A stretch of 64,000 bases of DNA, taken from contig CDPCPM010000320.1 in the NCBI GenBank assembly GCA_976551045.1, positions 682,001 through 746,000 on the forward strand. The letters are read 5' to 3'. This DNA is from Glaucostegus cemiculus (Eukaryota). How positions within the stretch are numbered: the first letter of the stretch is position 1; every line of letters starts with the position of its first letter. The translations under genes and the position numbers were made by a program. Below the pieces are notes generated by a model. The model saw only the letters and a list, made by a program, of their open reading frames with translations. It had not been told where the DNA came from and ran no database searches. This document shows, one piece after another, positions 14,156 to 26,587 of the stretch.

Positions 14156-14234
14156 CTGCTGAAGATGTTGCTGCCTCCTCGCCTCCTCATGAGCTCTCCG
14201 AGCACACTCCAAAGCATCCTCCTCATCTCGACTT
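14012..14234 (-). CDS. BRD4: BRD4 penultimate exon: [20 protein letters not shown][27 protein letters not shown]
   Basis: Acceptor aattacag, donor GCA|gtaagt, 223 nt, phase 2-0. Confidence 0.96.
14099..14161 (-). repeat. Coding CAG/CAA repeat, polyQ21
   Basis: (CAG)4 CAA (CAG)3 (CAA)2 (CAG)7 (CAA)2 (CAG)2, read directly. Confidence 0.97.
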
Positions 14235-15420
14235 CTGTAATTTAAAGCAGTGTTTGGTCAGAAGCAGTACAATGGTAGTAAATCTCATTCTGTTCAGTTC
14301 TCGCTTAGTCATATCAAAACATATCTGAGCAATACTGAAAGCAGTGACAGAGTTTCCTGTAGAGGAGCATCTAACCAAGTGTGCTTGCATCTAGACTTAC
14401 TCTCGCACATTTAAAATCTATAAGTTTCCTAATGACATTTTGCTGAAAACCTGAACTGAGAATGCCACCACCAGGAAAACAAAGATTTAGGACCATATTG
14501 AAAAAGGAAACATACATCTTGTCAACCAAGTCAATTGAAGGACTATGAAATGAACAATGACACAGAATGAACTGGAATGGGTGAAGTCAATGTCAAATTA
14601 GATCTAAAAAGGAATAAAGAGGGAAAGAAGATTGACCTGAGAAACCCAAGTTAATACATTCTAAAATGATGGTGAAGAACTAAAACCCGAAGGAATGACA
14701 TTGGAATAGGTGCCATTGAGACTGATTTGTATTAATAACACATGTTAAAAAGTTATGTAGACAGGAACAGAGAAGACTTCATTGTGGGTTTAGTTTGTAC
14801 CTAATATGCAAATACAACCCAGGCATCAAGGATAGGACGAACAGTGCAATGCTGTTTTCACAAAGCTAACTGTAGAGTGGAGCATCTCAAGCAGAAAGAA
14901 TTTTCTTTTGTCTAATACACTGGCCAGAATTCTCTTTTCAACATAACAGCTAGACCAGCCAAGCTCACTGTTACTTATCCACTCATACAGCAACTGAAAC
15001 AATGGGTCTTTTTGACAGTAGAAATTTGGCCATTGTAGTCCAAATATTCGAGTTTCTCCTGCTGCATTCTAAAGACTGTACCTGAAGAAATAGCACACAC
15101 CAACAATGACTTATTAGCCCACATCAAGAAAGGGAGCTGATCTGATGAGGCAGAGGGATCTTCATCCACAATGGGTCTTCTTTAGTCCTTCTTTGGAACA
15201 AAAAAAATTGTTGCCTTCCATCCAGCAAGCTCAGCTGGGACCAGACACTTATAGTAGACGCTGAGGTGAAAAGATTTTATGTGCAACAGGTTCACAAAGG
15301 CTACTCACTGGCAATAAGCACATACAGCCAACCATAGGTGCTATCCATTAAAGCTGGCTTATAACAAACACAGTAACCAAGGCAAAAGATAGCTCTAAGA
15401 AATGCAAAGGCTAGACTTGC

Positions 15421-15647
15421 CGCTGTCGCTCCTGCTCCATGCGGAGACGCTCCTTCTCTGCCGCCTCCTGTTGCATCTTACGGTACTCCTCCTGTGCTTT
15501 AAGCGCCTTTTCTCGCTCCTCTTTCTCTCGTGCTGCTCGCCTAAACTGCTCAAAGCTATCACTTGATGATTTTGCCGTGGACGAGGGAGTGGAAGGAGTC
15601 TTCTTAACTAGACTTGCCCATGAGCCCATGTTCTTGATCTTGAGATC
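15421..15647 (-). CDS. BRD4: BRD4 exon: [52 protein letters not shown]...EQERQR
   Basis: Acceptor tgctgtag, 227 nt, phase 0-2. The first two-thirds of the peptide is nearly identical to human. The donor is non-canonical CG|gcaagt. Confidence 0.95.
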
Positions 15648-16189
15648 CTACAGCATACATGCATAGAGAATTTAGAACTTCATTAAGGTAACAAAGCTCA
15701 ATGAACTCTGAAGCTGGACAGGTTTGAGAAACCAAAAACTAATAAAAGATTGGGTACAATTTAAAACTTAGTAATTTGAAAAACGAAAGAGAATTATGTT
15801 TGCATACTTTTTCAAAAAATGTAATGTTAGTTCAACTGAACATCTCATTCATTCAATTTCATAAACCCAAAAGATCACTGGTTCAGAATGAATTACAAAA
15901 CATCAGGAATATAATTCAGGAATATAACAGTTAAGATAAATATATAATCCACAGCGATCACTAAGGGGAAAAGGGCACTATACAAATTGGGATATCCCCA
16001 GTATGGTCTGAGTTATAAACTTATTAGGCCTAGGGGGCTCTAGACAAAAGGGTCAAATAAAGCCAACCTTGCTATTTACTGAATCCTCCTGCAAATCTGT
16101 GTGGATTTCAACAGAATGCTAGGATTGGAATATGAAGTAGTTCATATTAAGAGCTTCTACGTAGTAAAAAAATAAAAGTAGCAACAAAT

Positions 16190-18015
16190 TTTGGGATAGG
16201 AAATTGTGACTAATGGGGTGCCATAGAGGTCAGTATTGGGGGCCCCACCTGTTCAAAACCTTGATCTTCTCATCCAAATCACTTAATAAAATGTTATATA
16301 TTTGTTTTCAAGTGTAATATTAGTTTTCTAATGATGCAAAGCTCAGTAGCAGTGAGGTTTATGAGAAGGATGCAAAGGGGCTTCAGTGGGACACAGTTAG
16401 TTTAAGTGAATAGACAAGAACATGGGAATGGAACATAATCTGTAAAGACATGACATTGTTAACTTTTGGCAGAATAAAATAGAACTACTTACAGGGCAGA
16501 TGCGGGTTTGGTTTTGCCCCAGCTGTTGTGTGTAGAGGTGAAAGGTTTACAGTGTCAAAATAAATGGGTCAGTCATGAGGAGGTTCCTTCACCCAGAGGG
16601 CAGTGAACCTTTGGCATTCGCTACCCAAGAGGACTGTGGACGCTCAGTTACCAAGTATATCCAAGTCAGAGACTGACATATTTAAATATTAACCAATATG
16701 GAGTTAGCGCAGGAAAGTGGCAAAGTAGGTAAAAGATCAGCCTTGATCTTACTGAAGGGAAGAGCAGGCACCAGGAGAATGGTCTGCTCCTCTGACTTAT
16801 TATTTTTAATGGAGGAGGGCAGCTAAAGTAAACATTGGTTACTTGAAAGATGAAACAAGGAAATGTCAGTAATTTGTAAAAATATTTTGTATGTGTCTTC
16901 ATGCTAAAAGGCTCTGAAAGCATCCTAATAACAGAAATTGAAAATAATCACCAGAAAAAAATACTGGGCAAACTAATAGGATTAAAGGCTGACAAGCCTC
17001 AGACTGATGACCTGTATCTCAATGTGTTATAAACAGCTGCAGACTGTGAATACATTGTTGTGACTTCTGTAATTCCCTACATTCGGGAAAGGGCTTATGT
17101 TAGTAGTTTTCAAATATACAACACTCCTAAGAAAGCAGTAAGTCAGAAGCAAAAATTCTACGGGTTAGCTAGCTTGCCACCGATCATTGAGGAAATGCTA
17201 GGAACAATTGTTAAAAAAATGACACCAGTACTTTTAGATTATCTTATTACAATCAGAGTCACCATAGCTTAAGAAAAGGAAATCTTACTTAATAAATTTA
17301 TTACATTTCTTTGAAGATCTAACAGGCAAGGCTGATACAGGGGAAATGGTATAACAGATACAAATTTCCAAAAGGTATGCAATGATATCACAAAGATATT
17401 CACTACAAAAAAAAAGTTAAGACACCATGGTCTTGGGGTGAATTATGAACATGTATAGAAAATTAGCTCATTGAAAAGAAATTAATTTAACAAATGGATT
17501 ATTTTCAAGTTGGAAAACTGCAAAAATTAGTGGGATCAGAGCTGGAATACCAACTGATAAATGACGTAGATGAAGGGACGAGGGTACTGTAGATAAATTT
17601 GTTGATACAATAAAGGTGGGAAAGCAAACTAAGAATATGACACAGATTGTAAGAAGATACAGATAGATGAAGTGAGTGGGCAAAAGTTTAGCAGGTGAAG
17701 TATAATGAGGAGAAATTTGAGCTTATCCACTTTGCTAGAAAAGCAAATTGTTTAAACGTGGAGAGACTAGAGGGATATGGGTATCCTTGTATATGAAACA
17801 CAAAGTTACCAAGCAGACACAGCATGCAGTTTGGAAGGCAAAAAGAACACTGGCCCTTAGAGTATAAAGCTAGGAAGCCTTGCGACAATCGTACAGGACA
17901 TTGCTGAGACCACACCTGGAGTAAAACGTTAAATTTGGATCTCCCAATTTATGAGGGATATACTTACAAAGGAAGCAATACAGAGAAGACTCACTGGAAG
18001 GTCTGCTCACTGATT
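16190..18015 (+). mobile_element. Cluster of degenerate CR1 fragments
   Basis: tgactaatggggtgccatagaggtcagtattgggg, ttcacccagagggcagtgaacctttgg, gagaccacacctggagt. Confidence 0.65.
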
Positions 18016-18501
18016 CAGACTGAGATGGATGGAACTGTGTTACTGGGGAAACTGAATGTTATGGGGAACATGCAGGAAAATGGAACCAAGTCTAGATCAC
18101 CCATGTCAGAGTCATACAGCATGGAAACAGGCCCTTCAGCACAACTCATCCATGCCAACAGTGTTGCCCAACGAGCTAGTCCCAACAGCCAGCATTTGAC
18201 CATAGCCCTCTAAACCTCTCCTATCCATATACTTATTTAGATGGTTTTTAAATGTTGCCAATGTGCCATAGTTTTACTGAACAGCAGAGCAGGAGTTGAA
18301 AGATCACAAAGCCTACTATTCTTATTTCTTAAGTTCTTATAAGCCACCGCAGATCCAAGTTCAGCTGTTCTGGGGCAAGTTCTAACCACCATACCTCAGA
18401 GAAAGATCAAGTCAGCAATCACTTTCCATCAAAAATCAGCAACTTCAGGAGAGGAACAGAAGAGGACAGAATCACAAGTTTAAACCATTAATGCTTCTCA
18501 C

Positions 18502-18632
18502 TTTTTTGGGAGCGACAGGAGTTTTGGGCGTTTGTTGCTTATGCTTGTCTTTGTCCTGAGGAGAAGGTTGCGAGCTGTGTTCTGGAGGCCGAATCACTGG
18601 CCCAGCAACTTCCATGTGCTTCATCTCTGGTC
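18502..18632 (-). CDS. BRD4: BRD4 exon: RPEMKHMEVAGPVIRPPEHSSQPSPQDKDKHKQQTPKTPVAPKK
   Basis: Acceptor cctcctgcag, donor AAA|gtgaga, 131 nt, phase 1-0. Confidence 0.95.
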
Positions 18633-18882
18633 CTGCAGGAGGAAAATATCCAAAGTTTCTAAGGACTGTCCTGTAGCAACAAACATTGATGTAAAAAAGA
18701 AAATGATGGAGATGCACAGATCAGGAAGCCTCTGCAAAGAGAGAAAGAAGTTAGTGTTTCTCTCTCCACAGATGGCCTATGAGCTCTCTAGCAGCTTCTG
18801 TTTTATTTCAGATGCATAGCAGCTGTAGTATTTTGTATTTGAACCAACATTTGACCATTTCAGGGTATCTAACTGAACACTT

Positions 18883-19171
18883 AAGATCTTTATTAGTCAC
18901 ATGTACATTAAAACACACAGTGAAATACATCTTTTGCATAGTGATTTTGGGGGGGCAGCCCGTAAGTGTCGCCACGCTTCCGGCGCCAACACAGCATGCC
19001 CACAACTTCCTAACCTGAAGGTCTTTGGAATGTGGGAAGAAACCGGAGCACCCAGAGGAAACCCACACAGACATGGGGAGAACGTACAAACTCCTTACAG
19101 ACAGTGGCTGGATTTGAACCCGGGTCGCTGGCACTGTAAAGCAATTGTGCTAACCACTATGCTGCCGTGCC
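18883..19171 (-). mobile_element. tRNA-derived SINE (V-SINE/HE1-like)
   Basis: A box tagtggttagc, B box ggttcaaatcc, core gtttgtacgttctccccatgtctgtgtgggtttcctctgggtgctccggtttcttcccaca. The tail ends gtgactaataaagatc. Confidence 0.88.
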
Positions 19172-20389
19172 GTGACTTGAAAAGTGGTTGAGGAGACTTT
19201 TTTTAAAGAAAGTATTGCATTTCAATCATAATAAGTATTTATTCTCTTTCTGGAACTCCAAACAGGGTATTGGTGGACAGATTTCTTATGTTGGGAGCTA
19301 CATGAAAAATACAAAGCATGAAGACCACAAAAATCAACGTTTTTCTCCCCTAAGGCCAGAGCTTTTGAGCTGTAATCATTTCAGATTAAATTTAAATAGG
19401 TACACAGTTCATCTCTGAAATGCTGTACTTTTAGCAGACTTGACCATCTCAGTGTTCCATCAACAAAAATGAATGGGACTTGAATAACTAGAAATTGGAA
19501 ACAAATTTTAAATCTTGTGTGCAGATCCAATTTATCTTATTAGAAATATTTCATCCTGTCATAATTTCATAATCCTATGGTTTTCATAATTTTATGGCAA
19601 GATCCAATATACAAAATTTGAATTTTTAGTTTGTAAACAGTTCACGAGGATGATTTCAGAACTGAAAGTTATAACTATCAGATATTAAAGCTGGTATTCT
19701 TTTCTCTGATTGAGGGAGTGTTCCGACAGAGGACTTCAAGATTTGAAAGGATTTACTATGATGGACATAGATGATGTTTCCACTGAGCAGACACCAGACC
19801 TTGGGGCCATTAAATTTTTCACTGATATCATGTACAAAAGAATTGCGTATTTTAAACATTTAAGTTACTTAGCAGGATTGTTCTTCAGTTCTAGAGAGAT
19901 GAATATTGAAATTTTTGGGGATTACCAAACTCCATCAATTAACATGAAGGAGAAAAAACTTCCCTAAATCAAAAACCCTTCTGAAACAATCCACATTCAT
20001 CTTAAAGGTGCCCATCAATTAAAATAACAGAAGACCCAAAACAAGTTATACTGGGCACTTGAGCAGGTAAAGAAATACATGAAGTATTTCTGAAGACCTG
20101 TTGCAATGTCAGAAAAAGCAGCTCAATTGTCACAAAGAAGCTCCCATTAGCAAAAAATATGACAACTAGATAATCTGCTTAATTGATGAAACCTGGAAAA
20201 GGTATTGGCAGTGTTCTACAACGTGATATTAATTTCATAGCCAATAAAAAGACTTGCACTGCTGTGTTTCACAACTTTGAAGCATTCTAAGTCTCTTTAC
20301 AACCAATTCTACTTGTAGTCACTTTTTTAAGAAAGTTCTCACATTTTGTGATGATTTAAGGGGTGTCCACTCTAGTTGTCAGATCGATC

Positions 20390-20671
20390 CCATCAATCTC
20401 ACTCCCCCAGTTATTTCCCTGCAATGGATTCTCACACACTGATCAACTTCCCCGATTCTGCTGCCACCCAACTATGCTGGTAGAGGTAACTTAAAGTAGC
20501 CACTTAATCTACCAACCGGCACTACCTTAGGAGGTAGGAAGAAATCAGAGCTCCTGGGGGAAAATACACAATTACAGGTAGAGTGCAAACTCCACACAGC
20601 CAACACCTGGTGTCAGGGTTGACCCCAGTTTACTGGAGCTGTGCAGCAGTTAACACCAACTACCCTGCCAC
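20390..20671 (-). mobile_element. Older degenerate tRNA-derived V-SINE-like element
   Basis: Degenerate core (+ strand gagtgcaaactccacacag...tactggagctgtgcagcag). Confidence 0.65.
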
Positions 20672-21129
20672 AAATGAGTAATCAATCTGCACAAAACAAG
20701 GCGATATTATCCAAGTGATTTCATTATCTGTGGGTAAGTGAGAAATTATGAATTCCTGTACTGAGACAAAATTCTATCTTTTATCCACCACTTTTATCAC
20801 TGCGAAATGTTTTCACTTACAATGAATTACTCTGAAGAAAACCAACTGCTGTACCAGCAACAGTGATTAACAACTTTGCAAACAAGAATGTCCCTCAAAC
20901 ATCAATGCAACAAATGAAAATTTGAAGGTACAATAAAGTTTGGGGAAATGCGCCAGTATCCTGCGCTGCATTAGTGAGCCTGCATTTGCACGTGTGATTC
21001 CGAGATTCTCTGAATGACAAAGTTCTGTTTTTTTTTAAATTATGCCTTTTGTTCTGGAGGAAGATTATAAGCAAAGAACTACATGATCCCTACAGCCTTT
21101 GAATGAGCTAAAGCCTATTGTTCACTTAC

Positions 21130-21295
21130 GGTGACCAATATGCGGAGGTGGTTTGCTTCCCTCTCTCTGCTTTGATGGCTCCTGGCGCATCGAAGGGCTA
21201 AATGGCTCATTTCTGATTACGGGTGAAGAGTGGCTCTTCTCTTCTTTCACGTTCACCATTGGTTGCGATTGTACTATTGACGGAGTTCGGGGTTC
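21130..21295 (-). CDS. BRD4: BRD4 exon: [55 protein letters not shown]
   Basis: Acceptor ctcttgcag, donor C|gtaagt, 166 nt, phase 0-1. Matches human [21 protein letters not shown]. Not shown in the ORF track. Confidence 0.94.
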
Positions 21296-23297
21296 CTGCA
21301 AGAGAATAAATATTTCTTAGATCACCACCATCGAAACCAGACCGTTGAGATCAAAGCATCCATACTACGGTGATTTAGTGGCATCTCCCTCCATTCTTTA
21401 TGGCCCACAGCTAAATGGGCACACATAAATTGCTGTATCAAACAGAGGAGGACAGCGACCAGCAGGTTAGTGTGGAGGGATGCTCTGGCCAAAGTACTAA
21501 GACTATACTAGTACCCTGCTTGGAGCTACTCCTCACAATGCCTATTCATATAATGCTTTTGGTCTTTGACCCACTGGTACGTATCCCAACTTCTTGTCTT
21601 AGACTGCACAATTCAGTGCAGGGAACATAGCACGAACCCCTACCCTTCCCATTACTACACATTCAAGTGCTGAGGTTGGGATGGGCGAGGAAGACTGCAC
21701 CCTGGCTGGCCATTGTTACATCTGCTCCATGTGTCGACTAACCGCCCAAGTCTTATGGTCTGTCTCATCACCTCCTGTTGGATATGATGGGAGCTGCTGT
21801 GTCTCAGAGACAACTACCAAATGGTGGTCATTGGCCATTGAGAAATCTGATCTATATTGTATTAGGTCATACTTGAAATGATATCTTGAATTAGATTCCA
21901 GAAGCATGCATGCCACCAACTGTTCTAACTTCCAGAAATAGCCACCCCCTCAAACCAAACCTTGTGTAGGAGAGATTTTAAAAAATACAGAAAATGTTGA
22001 GAGGGAAAGAAGTCCAGCAGGTCAGGTAGCTTCTAAGAACAGAGAAACATTTCAGATCAGAGATGCTGTGCCTTGAGTAGGAGGGGCTTACAGCAATTTT
22101 TTGATAAACAATTTTAGTGTTACTTCCCGCTAAGTCTGTGAACCTTGCCACATGCATTGGATGTCTGTACTATCAAGTCTCTGATAGGCAGGATTTTCCC
22201 AGGGTGAGCTGAGGGTTCAAAGCAGATGACGTCACAACAGGCCTTTTACACTGCGACAGAATCTGTGCGCAGAGAACCTAAACTTCCAGATTATCTGGAA
22301 CTCCAGATAAAAGGGGGAAGTGTTCATTTCTATATGATGTTGATGCTCAGATACCAAAATTATACATGATGCACAAGAACTATCAATTTTTACATTATTA
22401 TATATTTAGTTTCAAGTTAATAGACAGGTTTAGAATTTAAGGGTTATGATCACTTTCACTAAGTAAAATGTTAACTACTTTAAAAAAAATTATGTAAGTT
22501 GAATCCCTGTCAAATTAGAGGTTGTATACAAAGTGTACAGTGCAATCTCAGATGTAAAATTACATCAAATTAAACAAGGATTGATTGCACTCTTTCCTGT
22601 CGATCACCTGAATAGTTATATTTGCCTGTAACAGAAGGCTTCATGACCATAGAATACCTTCAGGGAAATTGCAGCAGGAAGCCAGTGCAGATGCAAGTAG
22701 TTTCACAGGGGTTGAGAGAGCAAGAGAAAAAAGGGATTAATAGAATGAGTCAATTTCCAGAACAGCCATCCAATTGGTTCAATTCACTCTTGTTGAATTT
22801 GACAAGTCAAAATGATTATATTGTGGCTGCGGCTGCACCAGACACTTATTATATAACCAGTGTGAGAACATCCCTCACGAACAATGCTTTTCAAAAGATT
22901 CTCTGATTAGGGCAATAAGTGAACCATAGAAATTATAAAGGCCTCTGGCTTGATCCCAAGTCTTTGAAAACCTCAACACAAACAGTGACAGGGGAACTGA
23001 AAAAAACGGACAGGGTTCCCACTTGTCATCACTAGCCAGTGAACCTTTAAGTGTGTGCACACATTATCAATATCTTTATTTTTTTTCTTTACCTCGCCAG
23101 CAACATTCATTTGATTAGGTACATATATTTTTCACCAAATACACTTTTAAATGGCGCCCTGCAAACATTGTTACCACTTTGTAGACATGATTTAAAGGCT
23201 CCTAGCGAAGGTGTAAATAAAACTTAAAAATATCTGTGCCATTGGAATAGATTATACTCTGGTCCATGCTATATTGAACTGAAAAGATATTTTTTAC

Positions 23298-23404
23298 CTG
23301 TTTTTTAGTCTGTACATTTCTTGGCGGTGATTGGACAAGAGATGGAAATTGTGGCAGCGGTGGGGAATGCATCAGGAGTGGAGAAGACACATCTGCCATA
23401 TGAG
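23298..23404 (-). CDS. BRD4: BRD4 exon: AHMADVSSPLLMHSPPLPQFPSLVQSPPRNVQTKKQ
   Basis: Acceptor cttttctcag, donor CAG|gtaaaa, 107 nt, phase 1-0. Matches human SPLMIHSPQ...NVQPKKQ. Confidence 0.93.
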
Positions 23405-23479
23405 CTGAGAAAAGCAAGCACAAAAAATTGTCACAATTTTTGTTTGTACAAGTCTTGTCACAAAAGACTTGTACTTATC

Positions 23480-23870
23480 TAGCACTTTATGCACCTTCAG
23501 AATGTTCCAAGCACGTTTTTTTTCCAAAAAGTGTGGTCACTATTGTAATAGGGAGAATGCAGAAGCAAAATAATGCACAACCAGTTGCCCTACAAGCAGG
23601 AGTGTGACAATATTGAAATATTCTTTTAAAAATGTTAAGGGATAAATATTTACCAGAACAATGGGGTTAAGTTCTTCAAAATAGTGTCAAGAAATCTTTT
23701 GCATTTATTTGATTGCATATGGGGCCTTGGTTTAATGTATTATCCTGAAAATGTCAGCATTAACATAGCACTACTCTGTAGTGTCAGCTTAGATTTTTGG
23801 CGCTCAAGTCTGCGTTGTGGTATTTGATGGAAAGATTGTGCAAGGACAGCAACCAATGCACCACAGCTGG
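23480..23870 (-). mobile_element. Ancient Deu-domain SINE (SacSINE1/AmnSINE1-like) relic
   Basis: ggggccttggtttaatgtattatcctgaaa...gtagtgtcagcttagatttttggcgctcaagtc resembles the reverse strand of the DeuSINE core (recalled). Confidence 0.55.
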
Positions 23871-24884
23871 TGACACAATCATGGTGCACGGTTTGATTTC
23901 CTTCCCTCTGGGTCAAGGTTGAAATTTTGTAGAAAATCATTGTATTTCTGCTATATTGTTTTTACTTAATACACATTCAAAAAATCTACAAGATGATCAG
24001 CTTGCAATTTATTACCTTCGCCGTAAACAAAACTAATTTTATGGGTAAAACCCAAATACAGAAACTTGCTTACTCCAAAAGGGCTGCTCAGACTGCTGAC
24101 TACTTACACTTTCTGCTTGTATTTCAAGCACACACTTCACTGTCCATAAAATTAGACAAGGTGAATGGAGGTCATTTACCAAGCCCTACAAGCACAATTC
24201 ATTTAATCCCACACTGGCTGTTATTTCTCTGTAGTCCTGAAGATCTTTTTATTGCATATCCAATTCGTCATATGGCATTGTGACAATCAAACTCTTGAAA
24301 ACTGCCTCCTCCTCTGAAGTATTTCCAGTTATGTTCAGTAATTCCTTGATTTACAAACACTTACACATTTTTACGATAAAATCATTAATTCTCTGCAATA
24401 TGCATCTTTGATTTAAAGCTATTTTTGTTTTTACAAATAGTATGCCACTCACCAGCCAAAATGTATTTTACCAAAACTTCCATGCCAGAGGTCAGTGCTC
24501 CACTAAGATTTATTGCTATTTATTTTGTGCATTCTTCCAGATCATTTCAAAATGTGCTAGCAGTTCTAAAGAATGCATTTTTGCAATAAAATGCATAGCA
24601 AGCTATAACCATTAAACACTTAAGATGAACATAATTAACAAAAGCAGAGAAAGTGAACATCTGATGGACATTAACTGTTCATTACATTTTAAAGCACATT
24701 GATGGGCGAAACAATCCTTGATACAGTAAGACTTGGTACCCAAAGTATTATCCCTGGAAGAGGATTGTGTTTTGAAGATGGGAGGTGTTACAATGGAGAG
24801 AATGCAGTTAGAAGATGAGAATAAAATGACATATGCCCGTCAGTTTGATCCTGGGAAATGCAAGATCACTGTGGCAAGACTTGA

Positions 24885-25721
24885 TAGAACATGAGAACAG
24901 AACATAGAACATCACAGTACAGGCCCTTTGGCCCATGATGTTGTGCCAACCTATATAAACACCTAATCCATGATCAATCTAACCCTCCATTTTTCTTATA
25001 TCCACATGCCTATCCAAGAGACTCTTAAATTCCCCTATTATATCAGCCTCTACCACCACCTCCAGCAGTGCGTTCTAGACACCCACCACTGTTAGTAGTG
25101 TTAAAAAAAAAACTACCTATGACATCTCCCCTCAACTTTCCTCCTGACCTTAAACAGATGTCCTCTGGGGGAAAGAGTGCTGGCTGTCTACTCTATGCCC
25201 CTCTTAATCTTACACAACTCCATCAAGTTGCCTCTCATCCTGTGTATTTCCAAAGAGAAAAGCCCTAGCTAGCTCAACCTTTACTCATAAGACATATTGT
25301 CTAATCCAGGCAGCATCCTGGTAAATCTCCTCTACACCCTCTCTAAAGCTTGCACATCATTCCTATAATGAGGTGACCAGAACTGAACACAATACTCTAA
25401 ATGTGGTCTAACCAGAGCTTTATGGAGCTGCAACATTACCTCACTGCTCTGGAATTCAATCCCCTGACTAATGAAGGCCAGCACACCATATGCCTTCTTA
25501 ACCAGCGTGTCAACTTGCACGGCAACTTTGAGGGATCTATGGACTTGGACTCCAAGATCCCTCTGTTCCTCCTCACTGCTAAGAATCCTGCCATTAACCT
25601 TGTACTCTGCGTTCAAGTTAGTTCTCCCAAAGTTTATCACTTCACAATTTTCCAAACTGAACTCCATCTGCCACTTCTCTGCCCAACTCTGCATCCTGTC
25701 AGTATCCCGCTGCAACCTACG
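24885..25721 (-). mobile_element. CR1 LINE, 3' segment (RT C-terminus, 3' UTR and tail)
   Basis: ORF 25332..25946 contains RLQRDTDRMQSWAEKWQMEF...LVRPHLEYCVQFWSPHY, typical of CR1 ORF2. The tail is made of (agaacat)-like repeats at 24885-24912. Confidence 0.93.
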
Positions 25722-26587
25722 AATGTGGAAAAAACCAAGGAGATGATAGTGGATTTTAGGAGGGGACACCGTGTGCACGCCCCGCTGATAATCAATGGGT
25801 CTGCTGTGGAACAAGTAAGCAGTACCAAGTTCCTGGGGCTGCACATCACCGATGACCTGACCTGGTCCACTAACATCACGGCCCTTATGAAGAAAGCCCA
25901 GAAACGCCTCTACTTCTTGCGGAGACTGAGGAAAGCGAACTCTCATCCCTCAGTTATGAAAACTTTCTATAGAGGGACCACTGAGAGCATCTTAACCCAA
26001 TGTATCACTGTTTGGTTTGGAAGCTGCTCAGCTGCTGGGCGGAAGTCCCTCCAGAAGATAGTTAGGGCTGCAGAGAGGATCATAGGAGTCTCTCTTCCAT
26101 CCATCGCAGACATATACAAGGACCGTTGTGTCAGGAAGACCAAAAATATAATGGCGGATCCTTCTCACCCCTCCCATCATCTCTTTACAATTTTGCCATC
26201 TGGGAGGAGGCTCAAATGTATCAGGGTGAGAATGACCAAGCTGAGCAATAGCTTCTTTCTGCAAGCCATCAGAACTGCAAACTCTCTCATTCTTCCATCT
26301 TCCTTGTTAACACTAAGGGATGCTACGTGCACAGAAATGCACCAGCACTTTAAATGCCCGCCACCAGCCGGTTCACTTTAATAATTATTTATTTAATTAC
26401 CGGCCGTATTTCATTTAACCGGCGTATTTAATTTAAACTTCTGTAGTTTTTAATGTTTTTGTTTGTTCAGTGTGTCTGTGTGTCTCTGCTGTTTGTTATT
26501 TAATGGGACGAGCCCCTGAGGAGGACGGTATCTCGCTCCTATGCATACTATGTATGTATATGGTTGTGACAATAAAACTGATTCTGA
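25722..26587 (+). mobile_element. 5'-truncated Rex1/Babar-clade LINE nested in CR1
   Basis: Uninterrupted frame NVEKTKEMIVDFRR...KFLGLHITDDLTWSTN...KKAQKRLYFLRRLRK...HPSHHLFTILPSGRR, characteristic of Rex1/Babar RT C-termini. The element ends in aataaaactgattctga. Confidence 0.88.

Noticed and set aside
14086-14328. Plus-strand poly-Ala ORF and other antisense ORFs (15439-15666, 27329-27694)
   Set aside because: These are shadow frames of low-complexity BRD4 exons.
25401-26381. 326-aa ORF, the longest in the window, as a novel gene
   Set aside because: It is antisense CR1 sequence fused to a truncated Rex1/Babar RT fragment and is fully explained by the nested insertion.
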